Source: Hamiltosporidium tvaerminnensis FI-OER-3-3 (taxonomy: Eukaryota > Fungi > Microsporidia). From it: a stretch of 64,000 bases of DNA. Positions 49,740 through 60,419 of the stretch are shown one piece after another. A program made the translations under genes and the position numbers. The stretch covers positions 682,001 through 746,000 of the forward strand of contig CM061254.1 in the NCBI GenBank assembly GCA_022605425.2. Reading direction: 5' to 3'. The notes beneath the pieces are model-generated. The model was not told the DNA's origin. It saw only the letters and a list, made by a program, of their open reading frames with translations, and ran no database searches. Position 1 is the first letter of the stretch, and every line of letters starts with the position of its first letter.

Positions 49740-50468
49740 CTTTATTTAAAAGTATCACATCTTTTTTAAAACAGTGGCAAGTGTTATATTTGTTTTCATG
49801 ACATTAACGCAGTTCTAGGTTTAACATAAATAACTGCTACCCCAACACTCCATCGGTAACCCCTGCGATAGCTACGTCCCAAAGCCTTTCATCTACCAGG
49901 TGTGTAGAACCTAATTACTAGGCGAGGCAGTTGCCCGGAGTTCGTTAATGTCCGTTGCATGGAGTGTGATCGAAGGCCGAAGCCCCCCCTGGGCTCCCCC
50001 AAGACTATGCAGCATTCCCACTTACTCTACACTTTCTGAACCCAATAAACTTCTAGCTAGGATATATTTCAGAGATTTACATGTGGTCCACCTAGACAGT
50101 GCAATGTCATACCAACAGGTATAACCTGCTACTTAGCTTTCCTGGCTTTATATGGTTTTTATTTTTATATCTCCCAGGCGCTAAGTCTTCTAACCCGAGT
50201 GAGCAAGGCTAGGTTTCCATGCTTTTACATGGCAATTACCTACATGTTCAGCTGCGGTCTGCAATCTGGTTACATAAAAAACTACAAATAAATTTGTAGA
50301 AAAAGTTTCTCCATCTCTTAGACCTCCCCTCCTCATAACAACTCCCATGGAACAACCAAAGATGTAGTGTGGTTTTATTCCCACCAAAAATCCAAACAAT
50401 GATCTCACACCAGTTTCACACACTCATCGCCAAGCAGAAAGTTTTTTATGTGGTTATCCTCCCTCCAC
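49740..50468 (-). mobile_element. Family A element, young full-length copy (A5)
   Basis: 729 bp with the same termini as A3 (CTTTATTTAAAAGTATCACATC ... GTGGTTATCCTCCCTCCAC on +). Confidence 0.92.
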
Positions 50469-50469
50469 T

Positions 50470-50521
50470 TAAAATAAAAATAAAAATAAAAATAAAAATA
50501 AAAATAAAAATAAAAATAAAT
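50470..50521. repeat. (TAAAAA)n microsatellite abutting the 5' end of A5
   Basis: About 8 copies of TAAAAA; related TAGAAA/TAAAAA units on the other flank (49700-49730). Confidence 0.9.
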
Positions 50522-50904
50522 GTGTTACCTGTGTTTATAAGGCTAAGATATTAAAAAAAATATTATTTACTATTTTAAACAAATAGATTTTTAAGTTCTT
50601 TACTTCTCCTTAAATTTGATATTTTGTTCTTAGTTTTATTCTTTAATTCATTTTATTTTATTATATACGTTTTTTAAATATAATTTAATATTTAATAGCT
50701 TTGGTTTCTTTTCGTTTTTTTTTTATTTTTATATTAAAGTGGTTAGAAATATTTTTAATTTATAAACGATGCAGCGTTTAAACATAAAAATTTTAAAATG
50801 TTGGAAGTTCAAATTCTTTAGGAAATAATTAAAAAATAAATTATGAAGCTTAAAATTTGAGAAGAAGGTGCAATTTAGAATTTGATAGTGTTTGAAAAAT
50901 TCAA

Positions 50905-52066
50905 TTATGTTTTTTGTAATTGATCGAGGGTATAGTGGATGATCAAAGACTTCTTTTGAAGACTGGGTATGGGCGTATAATAATACAATAACTTGGAGAT
51001 ATGAGAAACAGATATTAATTGTAATTCTATGCTGAAAAAGTTAGCGATCTTTCTAATAAAGCAACAAATTATTGAAGATAGATTTTGGAAGTAAAATTTC
51101 AGCCGAAAATTAGACAAATGTTCAAAATGTGAGACAAATTATAGGAAGATAACAACAAAGAGTTGATATAAACAGATTAATAAATAAAATGGAACAAATA
51201 TAGAAATATTTTGAGAAATAAAAAAAATTCAAATGAAATTTTAATTATGAATTGTCTCGTGGATTTAATAATTTCTCTTTGAGTAAAGCGATAATATTGT
51301 ATTTTTAATTCAATTCAGATTATTCTTCTTAAAATGAATATTAGATTTTCTTCGAGGCTGTTCATTTTATTTGATTAAGTTTTATTTTGATTCGACATTA
51401 TAGTTGTGATTCCAAACTGCGAATTCTTCTTTATTTTTCCCCGTTTTGATCATTATCTGTTTATTTCATTGCTTACTGTTTTTGTTCGCTGAGTCTTAGT
51501 CATATTTTGACTCATTTTTATTACCAAAATTATTTCTTAAGCATGTGATTTTTAGGATTTATGCCAGATTGAGATGCTTTTTTGCATTCATAAATAAGCA
51601 TGGAAGCCTCGTAGGTTTTTATTGAGGCACATTCTTCAAATATTTAAAAAAAGAATTATTTAGACGAAATTTAATATATTTACTTTTTTTTCGGACCTGA
51701 AGGTCTATTTACTTTAGATTCTCTTAATCTAATAGACCTTCTTGCCTTTATTCCTGCTTTTTCGAAATTATTGCTACCCGTATTTTGCGACTCTATATGA
51801 TTTGAACTAGAAACCTGTTCTATATCCCCCATATTTTCCAAACCTACCAACGAAAGATTTTCAGAGTTTTCATATTCGATTAATGAATCATCTTATGATG
51901 GTATTAATGGATTAAAACCCAATTCTTTATGTAACTCGGAATCCATAATTCGTTCATTAAGTAAAACATTTCTCGATCCAAATCGACCTCTTTCGCCTGC
52001 TTCGGATGCTTTGATTCTATAAAAATAAAGGATTATGAACTTGTAAAACCAATATTTGTATTTCAT
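50905..52066 (-). pseudogene. Recently inactivated secreted-protein gene
   Basis: CCC..ATG context and signal-like MKYKYWFYKFIILYFYRIKAS. After the in-frame TAA at 51893-51895 the same frame stays open (DDSLIEYENSENLSLVGLENMGDIEQVSSSNH...RPSGPKKK), then frameshifts. 3' limit uncertain. Confidence 0.6.
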
Positions 52067-52759
52067 ATTTCCAAAAAAGGGCATTTCACATATTTGATTT
52101 AATAAATTGAAAAAAAAAAATTAATTGGTACAAAAATATCAAAATAAATTTAATAGAACACATCTAATTATATATAAATAACACTATAATATCATTACCT
52201 TCAAGATTTATCAATCACTAATTTCTTTAAAAAATCGATCAGAAATATTTTCCTATCTTTAGTAGATAATCTCTCTATATTGAAAACTAATAATCTTATC
52301 TATATCTCGTCTATTAAAAGAAAACAATAATCATAGATTCTTTAGTTTTAAATTTAAATTGGTTTTTTGCGTATAAATTTCTATTCACTCCTTTTCATGT
52401 TTAAATATATTGATTATTTTACCAAAACACATTTTTTTTTCTTATTTTTAACAAATAAATATAAATAGATTCTTTTGATAATTTAAAATAATTCGATTGA
52501 TAACTAAAAAGGAAATCTTTAACATAAATTTTACAAAAATATTTTATTAATTAAATATAAATTTATAAATGCTTTGTATAAATTATAAACTATTTAAAAC
52601 TTAATTTACGACCCACTTATATTGTACGCTATGTAAAATTTTATTTTAAAATACTGTTTAAAGAAAACTATAAAATATATAATATTTTCAATAGAGAGCT
52701 TCAACATACTATTTAACCATATTTAATATTTTCAATATTTTTACTTTTATAAAAATATC

Positions 52760-53878
52760 GTTTAATAAAATTTTATTGTACGAATATTTGTTCCACCACT
52801 TTGATCACTTTCTTCTCTTTCTCCGACTCTTTATAAATATTCTTTGTCATTTTCTCTTCCGTAATTACCCTATCTTCATCGTTTCTCACTTTTAAAAAGG
52901 GTTTTCATTGTATTTTCTTCTAGAATCTTTCAATACACTTAGTTATGCTCTATACAGCTCTCACATGCATCTTATCTTGAGCAAGTCTTTTTGGTTACTC
53001 AAAATAATTTTTTTCGACTGTCTATTTTATTGACTATCGAGTGAATGTATGCCTTTATAATTATGGTATTTTTTATTCTTTAAGATACCTCTCAAGATAT
53101 TTTTTCGCAATACCGTTTTGAGGTAAACATAAGAGATTATCTCATGCCCCATAAATTTGGAAAAATCTACTTCAGTAGCAAAAAAATTATAATCCTCAAG
53201 TTTTGCAGGTTCAACTCTAAGAAGTGGGTTTTTGGAAGTGATTCCTACTTCGATGAGAGTTATTTCATTCTGCCTCTTGTCTAAATGCATGGATCTGGTC
53301 TGATATTCGGAATTATGGTATCAGTTAGTTACACCGGTGTCTACTCTAATCCTTGCATATTCGTATTAAGAATTTCTAAAATGTGTGGCTCCTAATTAGT
53401 TTTGAAGACTTAGAATTATATTTTTTTCCCGATACTTAAAGTTTGATATCGTAATATTTCATTTATTATTTTTGTGTGGGCATTTCCAGGCATTTTCTTA
53501 CGTTGATTTGACAAATAACCTACTGCATTACCATAATAATTGCCTTGTGGACGTTTTCATTCTTCTATCTTAAATATATTTCTATACTTGGATATTCAGA
53601 AAATTTCTTCATAAAGAGGTCTAATATTCCCTTCATCAGCTCCCTTGAAAGATCAATGACACTCACATACACATTTTTCTTGCATTATATTACATTCAGA
53701 TCAGCTTTATTTTTTCCATTTTGTCATATAAGTGGCTACGAGGCTTTCTTCAAATGCTTCGTTTGAATTATTCGATTCCTGTATTTTACTTATAAGATAT
53801 CTTTTTTCAATGGTATTTGGTTTCATTAGTATTCTCAAAGTTTACAACTTCTCTCTTCTGATAGATCTTTCTTTGGTA
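52760..53878 (-). mobile_element. Decayed R4/Dong-like element (thumb, RLE, C-terminus)
   Basis: ORF 53027-53290 HLDKRQNEITLIEVGITSKN is an RLE core preceded by an RPD-like sequence. The 3' end resembles the 39.2/49.3-kb copies (CCGACTCTT, TTTAATAAAATT). Confidence 0.8.
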
Positions 53879-53964
53879 TTTTATAGACAATCCTAAAGTC
53901 GTTAAAAGTTATGTTCGCTTTTGTCATAACTCTATGTGAATTTTATCTGAGAGCATATGAAATA

Positions 53965-54214
53965 CATATAGCAGTTACTTTGAAAGAGTAGATGGGATAC
54001 CCATATTTAAAACCATCTTTTGTTATCAATGATCTTGTGAAGAATTCTTGTGATTCCGTTATTGACATTTTGATGAGATATAAACCACATTGGATATATA
54101 AGTTTATCCCCTATAATCCCGATTTTAAACAGATTAAAAGATGAAATTGGAAACTTTCTAGTCGTGCATCCTCGACACCGAGAGGTAAAAGAAGAATGGA
54201 ATAAGTAAGTAAGT
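53965..54214 (+). mobile_element. Family C LINE-like 3' end with (TAAG)n tail (copy 2)
   Basis: Homologous to 24290-24532; ends TGGAA-TAAGTAAGTAAGT. Confidence 0.55.
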
Positions 54215-54743
54215 TAAATTAGAGTTTGTCATATTAAAAATGGAAAATTAATTTTTGTTTACGAAATATAAAAAGTGTTTTAAAATGATAATATTTTAAA
54301 TAAACATCTAATTACTATAAATACCCAAATCCAAACTTTTTACTGAATGATTTGTTACTTACTCTATAGCTTTCTGTGTTTTATACCAACTATTCTAGAT
54401 TTGTTAATCGTATATCATTTTAAATTCACAATTATACTATAATATTCCATATTGGTTAGTAAATATAATAAAATAAAGTTTTTTCGTAGTCTCTTCATCT
54501 TCTAGAGCACATTCTATATCCAAGAAAACACTTTTCGCACTCATAAGCATTGGTTATTACTTACATCAGAATCTTAAATCATATTAAATCTTTTAAATTG
54601 TATAAACTTTATATGTGCTTCTGTTTAAGGTATTTGAAGTCTTTAAGGTAAATTTCTAATTAATCATAATAATTTTCACAATTATTATACAAGGAGTGTT
54701 CAAATACTTCATTTATGAATAGCTTGCAATATTTTAAATTTAA

Positions 54744-54985
54744 GAAATGTTCAAGGTATGAAAGTTATATTATAAAGAAGAAAATAAGATAATAGACTTA
54801 TAGTATAAGGAAATGTTCAAGGTATGAAAGTTATATTATAAAGAAGAACATAAGATAATAGACTTATAGTATAAGGAAATGTTCAAGATATGAAAGTTGT
54901 ATTATAAAGAAATACATAAAATATAATTTATATTATAAAGAAGAACATAAGATAATAGATTTATAGTATAAAGAAATACATAAGG
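54744..54985. repeat. 66-bp tandem repeat 3' of the SNARE-like gene
   Basis: GAAATGTTCAAG(G/A)TATGAAAGTT starts at 54744, 54810 and 54876, followed by partial copies. Confidence 0.9.
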
Positions 54986-55069
54986 TATTTATTTAGATAA
55001 ATATATATTAGATTGATTATAAATTAATTAAACATCTTTTATTACAAAAACCTACCAAATAAGATATCT

Positions 55070-55465
55070 TCAACGATAATAAGAATAACCAATATAAACA
55101 GACAGAAGTGTAATTCCAAATACAAAAAAATATTTAACAATATTTTTAAGAAACTCAGACCTATTTTGTAATTCTTCTATTTCTTTTCGTATCAAAGATA
55201 AAACAACCAAACTATCATCTATTTCTTTTAAAGAAATAGCATCTTTTTCATTTTTAATTACTTTTATTTTATTAAGAGATTCTTCAAGAACCTTTTTTAT
55301 ATTTAAAGGTTCTTTTTTAATCACTTCCTTCATTTTTTTTCTTGAATCGTTTATTTCTTTTAATATTTTTTTTGGTGTAAATAATTCTTTCTTTTCTTCT
55401 ATTAATGAGTCATTGTAACGAGATAATATTTCTTTTAAGTTTTCTATTGTTCTTGTGTCTTGCAT
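55070..55465 (-). CDS. Small coiled-coil tail-anchored membrane protein (SNARE-like)
   Basis: 131 aa, TACCC-ATG context, heptad-rich K/E/L/I body and a single C-terminal TM (YFFVFGITLLSVYIGY). SNARE class not assignable by eye. Confidence 0.65.
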   Translation of the reverse strand: MQDTRTIENLKEILSRYNDSLIEEKKELFTPKKILKEINDSRKKMKEVIKKEPLNIKKVLEESLNKIKVIKNEKDAISLKEIDDSLVVLSLIRKEIEELQNRSEFLKNIVKYFFVFGITLLSVYIGYSYYR

Positions 55466-55812
55466 GGGTAAACTATAAATTATATAATTTAAGTTGTTTA
55501 AGTCTTATAAGTTGTATAAGTTGTATAAGTCTTATAAGTTGTTTAAGCCTTATAAGTTGTTTAAGTTGTATAAGTCTTATAAGTTGTTTAAGCCTTATAA
55601 GTTGTTTAAGTTGTTTAAGTCTTATAAGTTGTATAAGTTGTATAAGTCTTATAAGTTGTTTAAGCCTTATAAGTTGTTTAAGTTGTTTAAGTCTTATAAG
55701 TTGTATAAGTCTTATAGTTTAAAGAATTGAAAATGTTATTTTATTTTTTTTTGTCTTTTTTTTTTGGTTGAAGAAAATTCTAAAATAAATATTTTGCCGA
55801 AATTAAAAACCC
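55466..55812. promoter_or_regulatory. Bidirectional promoter with microsporidian CCC motifs immediately before both ATGs
   Basis: CCC directly precedes the ATG on both strands (55466-55468 minus; 55810-55812 plus). CCC motifs also precede TRF4, RAE1 and NOT5. This is an established microsporidian initiation signal. Confidence 0.7.
55491..55715. repeat. 9-bp minisatellite, 25 units of four variants, in the bidirectional promoter
   Basis: Units AAGTTGTTT, AAGTCTTAT, AAGTTGTAT and AAGCCTTAT in perfect 9-bp register. Confidence 0.95.
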
Positions 55813-56793
55813 ATGAGTAAAAATAAGAAAAATAACGATATTTCAAATAAAAATGATAATAAATTTAATAATTGTAGTACAGATACAACCAAATATATGA
55901 AGGATGAATCTTCAAATAAAAATGATAATAAATTTAATAATTGTAGTACAAATACAACCAAAGATACAAAAAATAATATTTCTTATAAACTTGACTCGAT
56001 TCCACAAACAGAAATTGAAAAAACGATGGATGAAGTTTTAAAGAAAAGTAAATACAATTTAATGTTAAAAAGACAAGAAAGATTTTATAAACAAGATTTT
56101 GACAAAAAAATGCAACGAATTAAAAAAATAAAAAGTAAAAATTACAGAAAAATCAGACGAAGAACGAAACTAAAGAGTGAAACAACAAATGGAGGAGAAG
56201 GCTTGAACCAAAGAGAAGTAATAAACAATAATGATGATTATATTGATGACTGTACTGATGATTCTGGGGTATCACAGAGTGACTCAAATTTTAAAGAAAA
56301 TAATTTTGAATATGAAGATGTCAGTGATACTTCTACATCTGAAAATTGTAAAGAAATTGTAAAAAATGTATTTCCAATCTCAGAAAATGAAAAAGAATTT
56401 AAAGAAGAAAAAAAAGAAATTGTTGAAGAAGAAATGCCAAAACAGGAAGAAATATATTTACCGGGATGGGGTAATTGGGCAGGATTTGGTTTAAAAGATA
56501 CCAAAACAAGTACAAACACCACAGTAAATGTAACAGATGGTATTAAAAATTATAAAAGAAAAGATTTTCAGAAGAGTCATGTACTTATAAATGAAAAAGT
56601 AAAAAATTCACACGAAAAATACCAAGTAGAACTTCCCTTTGGATATTCAAAAGAAAATTTTTCTTTGAAAGTACAAACACCTCTTTCAAAGGAATGGAAT
56701 ACTTTAAGAATTTTTAATAAGTTTGTTAAATCAAATACAACAGAAAATAAAGAAAAAGAAACTGAAAATTTTGTTTATCGACCTAAATTATAA
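55813..56793 (+). CDS. UTP14: U3 snoRNA-associated protein Utp14 (SSU processome), reduced
   Basis: RIKKIKSKNYRKI, LPGWGNWAG, HVLINEK, KYQVELPFGY and PLSKEWNT motifs of Utp14. ACCC-ATG context. Confidence 0.9.
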   Translation: MSKNKKNNDISNKNDNKFNNCSTDTTKYMKDESSNKNDNKFNNCSTNTTKDTKNNISYKLDSIPQTEIEKTMDEVLKKSKYNLMLKRQERFYKQDFDKKMQRIKKIKSKNYRKIRRRTKLKSETTNGGEGLNQREVINNNDDYIDDCTDDSGVSQSDSNFKENNFEYEDVSDTSTSENCKEIVKNVFPISENEKEFKEEKKEIVEEEMPKQEEIYLPGWGNWAGFGLKDTKTSTNTTVNVTDGIKNYKRKDFQKSHVLINEKVKNSHEKYQVELPFGYSKENFSLKVQTPLSKEWNTLRIFNKFVKSNTTENKEKETENFVYRPKL

Positions 56794-56794
56794 A

Positions 56795-57005
56795 TAAAAT
56801 ATTTATTTTAATTGAATTACAAATAAACATGTTTCTGACTTAGATTTTGAATAAAAAATATTTATTTTACTTGAATTACAAATAAAAATAAATATTTATT
56901 GACTTAGATTTTCAATAAACATATTTCTGACTTAGATTTTGAATTAAAATAAATATTCATCGACTTAAATTACAACTAAAAAGTTTCTGTTTGACTTAAA
57001 TTTTT
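56795..57005. repeat. Degenerate tandem repeat (TGACTTAGATTTT / TTGAATTACAAAT) 3' of UTP14
   Basis: GACTTAGATTTT occurs 3 times plus GACTTAAATT variants; TTGAATTACAAATAAA occurs twice. Confidence 0.7.
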
Positions 57006-58122
57006 AATAAAATATTTTTTATGTTTATTAGTCTGTAAAAATAGATATTTTTTTATAAATTAGAATTTAATTATAAATTTTGTATAATCTAAGATAAAAG
57101 TTGGAATTTAAAATTTTTTTGTTTGATTTAAAAAAATATTTTTAATCTGTAAATTTCAGATCATTTAATAACGAAATATAATTTAAAAACAGATAATAAA
57201 ATATTTTTTATATCTCGAATACAGATTTATATTTTTATATGAAAATGAATATAAGAGTTGCATTTTTAGTTGGATACAAGATGTATGTTTTAAATCTCCT
57301 ATTTATGTTATTACATAAACAATTATAAAAAAAATATTCAATACACAAATAACAAAATAAAGTTATTTCTAATCTTTTTTTACAATTTTAGTTATTTTTT
57401 ACCAAATATTTTTATTTTTCAATAATCACTTTATTTTCTTAAATAGATTTTCTAAGTTTGATACTTCGATTGATTAATATTTTCATCCTAGAATCGTGAA
57501 ATTAAAGATCACATGTTTCTATAATATTTCTAATATTTTTACTTTAATTATATTTCTTTTTTTAATATTATTTTTTATAAAATCTCTAATCTTCTTAATT
57601 TATGAAATCAGATAGGAAAATAAATTTTTACTTTCGTTTAAGTCATGTTTATATTTCAATTCAAATTTAATACTTATAAGATGAACTCTCGTAAGTACTT
57701 AAATATCTTATTATTGAATTTGAGGTAATCTAAATTAATAATCAATATAACGATTGATTAAAGAAATACAAACCATGGGAATTATAAAGTAGTAAATTAA
57801 ATTTATTTCAATAGAAAATTCGGTAGAATTAAAGAATTTTCAGTTGATATTGTATTCGTTTGTAAAAACACATTTATTTAATATTTTCTTATAAAATATT
57901 CTAGAAAATTACAAAATTAAATTACAAGAGAACATACTATTCAATACGATTAGGAATAATTAGTAAAATACTTTTGTTTAGCGCTTGAAAAACAAAAATA
58001 TTGTGAAACAGAAATATAAGACAATAAACAAACTAAATTTGGATAATTAAATATAAAATTCTGAAACAAAAATTTATTTGTTTCATATGAAATTATAAAA
58101 AAAAGGAATAAAAAACAAACAA

Positions 58123-60390
58123 ATGAACAGACAATTTTACACTTCAACAATTTTATTTCTTCTTGATTTTACAATAAAGACTTTTAAAATAGAAAATGGA
58201 AATTTTGTTATTTGGGACGAAGCGCATTTTGGAAAATTTGCACAGAGATATGCGAATAGAGAATTTTATTTTGATGTACATCCACCTCTGGGAAAAATGA
58301 TGACGGCTGTGTCTAATGTTCTTTTTAATAAAGATAGAGAATTTAAATTTGAATCGTCTGAAGAATATCCAACTGGTACTGATTACCCGAGTATGCGAAG
58401 ATTTCATGCTTTTATTAGTTCTTTTATACCTTTGTTAGCATACCTGACATTGATTAATCTACAATTTACACATTTTACTTCTTTGATCACCGCCCTTTTA
58501 CTTGTATTTGAAAATGGAATGGTTTCTATTTCAAGGCTTATTTTACTTGACTCACATCTTCTATTTTTTACTGCACTCACCACATATTTTTTAACTCGAT
58601 ATTTGTCTCGCAAATATCTCATTAAAGATGAAATAATTAATAAGAATCTTAAGAATATTTGTGAGATTATAGAAACCAAACCTTATCTAGATCAAGAAAA
58701 TGAGATAAAATCCAATTCAAGTAAAAATCTAAGTAAAAATGTAAAGACAGGTTCTAATATAGATAAAGAACCAAAACCAGACCCTAGTGCAATTCAAGAT
58801 AAACCCTCGAACAATCAAACATATCTAAACTACAATCCTATTCCTACACTTTTATTTTTAGGTCTATCAATAGGATGTGTCTTAAGCGTGAAATGGATCG
58901 GTTGTCTCACAACACTTTACTCGGGTCTTCCAATAATATTCATCCTCTATAAAAAATTAATCAACAAAGATTATTCTTTGCTAAATTTTACAAAAAAATT
59001 AACCGCATTATCCATTCTTCTAATACTAACACCTATATCGATATACATTTTATTTTTTATTCTTCACTTCCGTATTCTTATATACTCAGGATCAGATGAT
59101 AGTCACATGAGCTCATTATTTCAATCAAGGCTTGTAAACAGTGAGATCGGTACAGTAAATAAATATATAAATTACGGTACGGTTGTTACACTAAAATCTT
59201 CAAAAAACGCTGGCGGTAATCTTCATTCCCACCAACATTCATACCCAGACACACCCGGAAATCACTACCAAATAACTACATACCATCACTCAGACACCAA
59301 CAACAACTGGGCGTTTCAGAAAGTCACAGATACACCAACTAATCCGCGTTTTCTTGGACATAACGATAAAATAGTCCTGTACCATACAGAGACCCAACAA
59401 TATCTCTCTATACTACAGAATCGTGTTACCTCTTCACCACTCACCACTGCCAGTATATGGACACTTGAAATCGTTACAGATATACTTGGCAAAGAACATA
59501 ATGTTAAAACACTTACTACTCGATTTAGACTTAAAAATGTCGAATCAGGTTGTTACTTGTCATCTAGCAACAATAATTATCCTTCATGGGGATATAACCA
59601 AGGAGAGGTTGTCTGTACCAAGAAAAAAGATGTTACAACACTTTGGAACATAGAAAGCAATCCATACAAATCAAACAATGAAGAACATAATAAAGAAAGA
59701 AACCAAGAAAGTAATCAAGAACATATTAAAGAAGGCGATGACGAAAATTTACAACTAGTAAATCCTGAGTACAGAGAAGTAAGAAATTTACAAACTTTTT
59801 TTATTTCACATTTTTTACATCTCAATACTTCAATGTTCCTCACCAATAAATCTTTTACACAAGAAAAAGACTTAGAACCTGTCAGATTAGTAAGTAAACC
59901 TATAGAATGGTTTATTCTACGACGAGGATTAAGGATGACAGGATGGTCAACTGAAAGACCAAAATTTTACATGTTTGGAAATCCCATCTCCTGGTACTTA
60001 AGCAATATATGTGTACTAATAGGACCCCTTATTTTACTAATAAAAACCATAAAAATAAAAAGAAATTTGAAAAACAGACTCGATCCCACAATCAAACATA
60101 ATATAGCACGAGATTATCTATGTATCTATTTATTTACAGGTGGTTGGTTATTACACTATATTCCGTTCTTCTTCGTAGGAAGAGTATTATACTTCCATCA
60201 TTACTTCCCTGCCTTGTTCTTTTCCATTTTATCTACTTCTTATGTCCTACAGCATACAAGAAAAATAAGTATTTTTATTTTATTTATTTGTATTCTCACT
60301 TTCTTTCTCTTCTCTCCTCTCACTTACGGAATAGTAAATATAGAAAATATGAAATATTTTAAATGGATAAGTACATGGGATTTTACATAA
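58123..60390 (+). CDS. PMT2: Dolichyl-phosphate-mannose protein O-mannosyltransferase, PMT2 subfamily
   Basis: VIWDEAHFGKF (catalytic DE, PMT2-type), FDVHPPLGKM, SRLILLDS, SVKW.G, MIR domain (LHSH; FRLKN..SGCYL; YPSWGYNQGEV), GNPISW and HYIPFF..GRVLYFHHYFPA. Confidence 0.93.
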   Translation: MNRQFYTSTILFLLDFTIKTFKIENGNFVIWDEAHFGKFAQRYANREFYFDVHPPLGKMMTAVSNVLFNKDREFKFESSEEYPTGTDYPSMRRFHAFISSFIPLLAYLTLINLQFTHFTSLITALLLVFENGMVSISRLILLDSHLLFFTALTTYFLTRYLSRKYLIKDEIINKNLKNICEIIETKPYLDQENEIKSNSSKNLSKNVKTGSNIDKEPKPDPSAIQDKPSNNQTYLNYNPIPTLLFLGLSIGCVLSVKWIGCLTTLYSGLPIIFILYKKLINKDYSLLNFTKKLTALSILLILTPISIYILFFILHFRILIYSGSDDSHMSSLFQSRLVNSEIGTVNKYINYGTVVTLKSSKNAGGNLHSHQHSYPDTPGNHYQITTYHHSDTNNNWAFQKVTDTPTNPRFLGHNDKIVLYHTETQQYLSILQNRVTSSPLTTASIWTLEIVTDILGKEHNVKTLTTRFRLKNVESGCYLSSSNNNYPSWGYNQGEVVCTKKKDVTTLWNIESNPYKSNNEEHNKERNQESNQEHIKEGDDENLQLVNPEYREVRNLQTFFISHFLHLNTSMFLTNKSFTQEKDLEPVRLVSKPIEWFILRRGLRMTGWSTERPKFYMFGNPISWYLSNICVLIGPLILLIKTIKIKRNLKNRLDPTIKHNIARDYLCIYLFTGGWLLHYIPFFFVGRVLYFHHYFPALFFSILSTSYVLQHTRKISIFILFICILTFFLFSPLTYGIVNIENMKYFKWISTWDFT

Positions 60391-60419
60391 AAATAAAGGA
60401 ACAATAATAGTAATTGTTA

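Noticed and set aside
49990-50080. Group I intron core in family A (AGACTA / CATAGTC resemble R and S elements)
   Set aside because: The two motifs are the same bases read on opposite strands; there are no P/Q elements or host exons, and the TSD argues for retroposition.
50190-50423. Protein-coding ORF in family A (also 36763-36966, 35797-36072)
   Set aside because: Reading frames differ between near-identical copies, starts are non-ATG and indels break the frame.
49254-50468. Single internally deleted element (A as 5' UTR joined to the R4 3' end)
   Set aside because: The R4-like fragment has its own complete 14-bp TSD and A3 has its own TSD elsewhere, so these are independent insertions.
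50445-50472. Twister ribozyme at the 5' end of family A (AAGUGGAGGG...UAA-CCAC resembles twister P2/L1)
   Set aside because: No P4/L4 (GGUNCCAAGCC-like) segment and no P1 helix could be found nearby.
54744-54985. CRISPR-like array (66-bp periodicity)
   Set aside because: Whole units repeat with no unique spacers; eukaryotic context and no cas genes.
55405-55730. ORFs encoding (SCL/SLI)n and (YKL/FKS)n proteins
   Set aside because: By-products of a stop-free 9-bp minisatellite in a promoter; one overlaps the real gene antisense.
41984-56793. Functional RNA-metabolism gene cluster (NOT5, TRF4, RAE1, UTP14)
   Set aside because: Such genes make up a large share of reduced microsporidian genomes, they are interspersed with unrelated genes, and no shared element specific to them was seen.
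41943-60362. Short antisense or overlapping ORFs within NOT5, TRF4, RAE1, UTP14, PMT2 and the 731-aa gene
   Set aside because: Shadow frames of real genes with biased composition and no independent motifs.
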